Assembly (NCBI GenBank): GCA_965644495.1 | Contig: CBFFSA010000094.1 | Coordinates: 1 to 10,495, forward strand | Source of the DNA: Perkinsela sp. CCAP 1560/9 | Taxonomy: Eukaryota > Protista > Euglenozoa: Kinetoplastea | Length of the DNA stretch: 10,495 nucleotides | Reading direction: 5' to 3' | Part shown: positions 8,001-10,495 of the stretch, in pieces | Layout of the letters: each line of letters opens with the position of its first letter | Numbering within the stretch: position 1 is the first letter of the stretch | Made by a program: the position numbers and the translations under genes | The notes under the pieces: generated by a model | The model's database searches: none | Seen by the model: only the letters and a program-made list of their open reading frames with translations | What the model was told of the DNA's origin: nothing

Positions 8001-9062
8001 TAAGTGGGAGTGGTGTTCCTCAAGGAGTTCCTGGATTAAGTGGGAGTGGTGTTCCTCAAGGAGTTCCAGGATTAAGTGGGAGTCTGTCGAGAAGTTGTCG
8101 CCCTCAAGGTGTCCCTGGATTGAGGGGTTCTGTGGGGATTCTTGGTGGTAGTTTTTCGAGGAGGTTGGGGGAGTATTTTCTTGAGAATGAGAAAGAATAT
8201 TTGGAGAGTTTGTATGAGTTGTTAAGGGTATCTTTTTTATTTTTATTTTTTATTTTTTATTTTTTATTTTTTTTTTATTTTTTTATTTTTTAATTTATTT
8301 TTTGGGTTTTTGACTTGATTCTAAAAAACAAAAAAAATATAGTTTCGTGCAAAATGTATTATCAGTGGGATTGTGACTTATGAAGATGCCTATGGGGTAT
8401 TCCCCAATAGTATTTGGGATATTATTCATTTACACACCGAATTGACAGCGGTACGAGTTTCTTTCTTTCTTTTGCAATTTAAATTCCATTTTTTTTTGGG
8501 ATTTTTCCTGAAAAGATTTTGGTTGAATCTTATTTTTGGAAGAAATAATTATAAAGTTATGATATTTTTTTTCACTCAATAATTTCTTTTTTGGATAGGT
8601 TTTGAACAACCCCACTCTTAGCGAGGAAGATCAATTTGAACGCTTCATTTTCTCCTTGGTCCTTTTTTTTTTTTCCTTTCTTCTCTTTCACCCTCTTTAT
8701 AATTCTTTCTCATCTCTTGAAAGATTTCTTTCTCTCTTTCTCATTCTTTTCTTTCCCAATAGGAATCAGACCGAGTCACCAACCAATACTGTAACTACTC
8801 CAAAAACTACTCCAAATCCGTGACGCTCTTGCAAGTCCTCCTCTCAAAAACACCAGATCTCCTCTTAGCAATCCCAAATCAAGAGAAAGTTCTGAGATTA
8901 TTGACATTACCAATTCACAGATTAGGCCAATATTTAACACATATTATTATTTTTTCTGCTGAGTTGAGAATTGCGGGGGTTAGATCTATTAAGAATGTTC
9001 AGCATTGTATGAAGAGTTTGAGGCAGGCTGAGGATCGTTGTTTGAGGTTTCTTTTGAAGTGA
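5014..9062 (+). CDS. CAMK-like Ser/Thr protein kinase fused to a C-terminal DH (RhoGEF) domain, about 1047 aa
   Basis: Exons 5014-5286, 5430-5732, 5818-5931, 6031-6211, 6285-6463, 6534-6758, 6827-8227, 8343-8450, 8599-8658, 8763-9062. All 9 introns are GT..AG and in frame, giving 3144 nt including TGA. The joins rebuild KTGKK/AAIK, SQN/VIHGDLKPEN and PVK/VLGGT. An alternative 3' end (intron 9059-9355, last exon 9356-9401, 1061 aa) is possible, and the start codon is not certain. Confidence 0.88.
5209..6373 (+). other. Protein kinase catalytic domain (CAMK-group-like, non-RD)
   Basis: LGKGLCGVV (Gly loop), AAIK (beta3 Lys), REIKIMSMLHHRNII (alphaC Glu), HGDLKPEN (catalytic loop), DFG, GTVVYSPPS (APE position), DDWSCGVILYAM (alphaF) and QRKSVGEVL...W (subdomain XI). 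Confidence 0.93.
7259..7282 (+). repeat. (GGATCT)n hexamer encoding GSGSGSGS
   Basis: ggatct ggatct ggatct ggatca, in frame within the long kinase exon. Confidence 0.9.
7799..8131 (+). repeat. Coding 36-bp tandem minisatellite encoding GVPQGVPGLSGS
   Basis: Unit ggtgttcctcaaggagttcc(a/t)ggattaagtgggagt. Five near-identical copies start at 7904, 7940, 7976, 8012 and 8048. Diverged copies lie at 7799, 7835 (33 nt), 7868 and about 8096-8131, with a distant relic GQPQGIPGFSAT at 7646-7681. Confidence 0.97.
8159..9059 (+). other. Dbl-homology (DH/RhoGEF) domain, divergent
   Basis: The spliced sequence has RRLGEYFLENEKEYLESLYELL (CR1), VFPNSIWDIIHLHTEL (iF.ni..i...H..l), YCNYSKNYSKS (CR2, Y..Y..N) and LLTLPIHRLGQY (CR3, Ll..PvQR..rY) in the expected order and spacing. 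Confidence 0.75.
8232..8303 (+). repeat. Intronic (T5-9 A)n low-complexity repeat
   Basis: Repeated ttttttattttttatt blocks in intron 8228-8342. Confidence 0.85.
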
Positions 9063-9160
9063 GGAGGGGGAGGAGGAGAGGAGAGAGAGCAGGAGGAGGA
9101 GGAGAGGAGGAGGAGGAGAGGAGGAGGAGAGAGGAGGAGGGAGAGAGAGAAGAGAGAGAA
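9061..9160 (+). repeat. 100-nt polypurine (GGA/GA)n tract
   Basis: All purines except a single C at 9090. It starts within the kinase-DH stop codon. Confidence 0.92.
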
Positions 9161-9212
9161 TTTTTTTTTTTGAAAGAAGAGTTTGATTGTGGGGATTGTG
9201 TGGTGTGTTTTG

Positions 9213-9250
9213 TGTGTGGTTTGTGGTTTGTGGTTTGTGGTTTGTGGTTT
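9213..9250 (+). repeat. (TGTGGTT)n heptamer microsatellite, about 5 copies
   Basis: tgtggtt tgtggtt tgtggtt tgtggtt tgtggtt, then degenerating to tggttggtttgg. Confidence 0.9.
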
Positions 9251-9396
9251 GGTTGGTTTGGTGCTGTGGAGGGGAAAGAGAGAGGACAAAGAAAGAGGTA
9301 AAAACAAAAGAAATGAGAGAGAGAAAAGAGAAAGGGGAAGCTTATATCTATTCAGGGGGAGGCTGAAAAGAGAAGAAAAAAGAAAGAATACAAAGG

Positions 9397-9436
9397 AATA
9401 AATAAATAAAATTTCGAATTTTTGAAAGAATTTATT
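9397..9436. terminator. Convergent 3'-end region with putative polyadenylation signals on both strands
   Basis: Overlapping AATAAA at 9397, 9401 and 9405 on the plus strand. AATAAA at 9436..9431 on the minus strand overlaps the TAA stop of the Glu/Lys-rich gene. Use of AATAAA in this organism is assumed. Confidence 0.5.
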
Positions 9437-10495
9437 TTTCTCCTTTTTCTCCTTTTTCTTCTTTTTCTTCTTTTTCTTCTTCTTCTTTTTCTTCTTCATT
9501 CTCTTCTTTTTCTTTCTTTTTCTCCTCTTCTTTTTCTTTTTCTTCTTTTTCTCCGTTCTCTTCTTCATTCTCTTCCTTCTCTTTCTCCTCTACTTCTTTT
9601 TTTTCTTCATTCTCTTCTTTTTCTTTTTCTTCTTTCTCCTCCTCTTCTCTTTCTTTATTCTCTTCATTCTCTTCTCTATGTTCTTCTCTCTGCTCTTTTG
9701 TTCCTTTCTCCTTCTCCTCTCCTTTCTCTTCTTTCTCTTCTTTCTCTTCTTCCTCTTCTTCCTCTTCTTCCTCTCTCACTCCTTCCTCTTCCTTTTCCTC
9801 TCCTTCTTTTTCCTCCTCCTTCTCTTCTTGTTTCTCCTCTCCTTGTTCTTTCTCTTCTTTCTCTTTCTCTTCTCCTTCTTCCTTTTCCTCATCCTTCTCT
9901 TCCTGTTTCTCCTCTTCTTGTTCTTTCTCTTCTTTCTCTTCATCCTCTTTCTCTTCATCCTCTCTCACTTCCTTCTCTTCCTTCTCTTCTTCCTCTTCTT
10001 CTTCTCCCTCATTTTCTTCTTTTGTTTCTTTGTTCTTTTCCTGTTCCTGTTCTTCCTCTTGTTCTTTTTCTTCCTCATCTTTCACTTCTTCTTTCTCTTC
10101 TTTCTCTTCTTTCTCCTCATCGACCTTTTCATCTCTCTCCTCCCCCTCCACTCTCTCTCCTTCTCTCTCTCCTTCAATCTCTGTAACCTCTCGTAAAATC
10201 TCCTTTCTTTTCTCTCTCTCTTTTTGAACAAGATGTTGAAAATCCCATTGAGTATTGAGATCACACAAAATGTCGATTTCTTTCATTACCAATCTCTTTT
10301 CTTCTTCAAAATTAAGATTCAATTTTTCTTCTTCTTCCTCATTTTTCTCTCTCTTCTTCTTCTTGTTCTCTTGTTCTCTCTCCTCATTCTCTCTCTCCTC
10401 CCTCTCTCTCTCTTCCAAATCAACAAAATAAATCAAAAGATTTTGAAAGCGATGAAAACAACAATTCTCCCAAACCCTCTCACAAAACACTCTCG
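9432..10495 (-). CDS. 3' part of a hypothetical protein with a very long Glu/Lys-rich low-complexity C-terminus (5' end outside the window)
   Basis: The frame is open from the window edge to TAA at 9434..9432. Two complex segments (RVFCERVWENCCFHRFQNLLIYFVDL and EEKRLVMKEIDILCDLNTQWDFQHLVQ) precede about 250 aa of almost pure E/K with strong GAR/AAR codon periodicity. The family is not recognised. An intron acceptor near 10412 cannot be excluded. Confidence 0.7.
   Translation of the reverse strand, partial: RVFCERVWENCCFHRFQNLLIYFVDLEEREREERENEEREQENKKKKREKNEEEEEKLNLNFEEEKRLVMKEIDILCDLNTQWDFQHLVQKEREKRKEILREVTEIEGEREGERVEGEERDEKVDEEKEEKEEKEEVKDEEEKEQEEEQEQEKNKETKEENEGEEEEEEEKEEKEVREDEEKEDEEKEEKEQEEEKQEEKDEEKEEGEEKEKEEKEQGEEKQEEKEEEKEGEEKEEEGVREEEEEEEEEEKEEKEEKGEEKEKGTKEQREEHREENEENKEREEEEKEEKEKEENEEKKEVEEKEKEENEEENGEKEEKEKEEEKKKEKEENEEEKEEEEKEEKEEKGEKGEK

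Noticed and set aside
7868-8083. 36-bp direct repeats as a CRISPR array
   Set aside because: The units are head-to-tail with no unique spacers. They are in frame in a eukaryotic exon, the five core copies vary only at a synonymous site, and no cas genes are present.
1221-9062. Fragmented ORFs as pseudogenes, frameshifts or an alternative genetic code
   Set aside because: Every break is explained by a GT..AG intron that restores both the frame and conserved motifs under the standard code.
9060-9174. Stop-codon readthrough or selenocysteine at TGA 9060
   Set aside because: The downstream frame is only low-complexity G/E/R up to another TGA. No readthrough context or SECIS-like structure was seen.
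9213-9250. TGTGGTT repeats as a telomeric or interstitial telomeric array
   Set aside because: There are only about 5 copies, the unit has no GGG run, it does not match TTAGGG/TTTAGGG-type units, and it sits in a gene-dense context.
9422-10227. Plus-strand Leu/Phe/Ser-rich ORFs (9422..10186, 9678..10196, 10030..10227) as membrane proteins
   Set aside because: These are antisense shadows of the Glu/Lys codons. Pyrimidine-only sequence cannot contain stop codons.
8999-10264. Minus-strand poly-Lys/Arg ORFs (8999..9568, 9776..9958, 10082..10264)
   Set aside because: They are alternative frames of the same purine-rich tract or run through non-coding repeats. Only the Glu-rich frame is continuous with complex sequence.

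Overview
Eukaryotic genomic DNA with many short spliceosomal introns. Gene content and intron style suggest an amoebozoan or similar protist (inference only). There are three protein-coding genes and no RNA genes, mobile elements or CRISPR array. (1) Minus strand, ATG 4701 to beyond base 1: 8 exons in the window, >1395 aa. It reads coiled-coil, acidic/basic linker, Clu domain and CLU-central region, TPR-like helices, a Ras-association (RA)-like domain and a RasGEF N-terminal (REM)-like segment. Its last exon (1228..1) is missing from the ORF track. (2) Plus strand, head-to-head 312 bp away, 5014..9062: 10 exons, about 1047 aa, with a possible 11th exon ending at 9401. It is a CAMK-like non-RD Ser/Thr kinase, a long disordered linker with a 36-bp coding minisatellite (GVPQGVPGLSGS), and a divergent C-terminal DH/RhoGEF domain with no PH domain. 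(3) Minus strand, the 3' end of a convergent gene with a very Glu/Lys-rich tail (stop 9434..9432). All exon joins were checked by hand for GT-AG ends and frame. Domain calls come from motif recognition, not HMM searches. The best novelty candidate is the divergent pair of two unusual small-GTPase-signalling fusion proteins.
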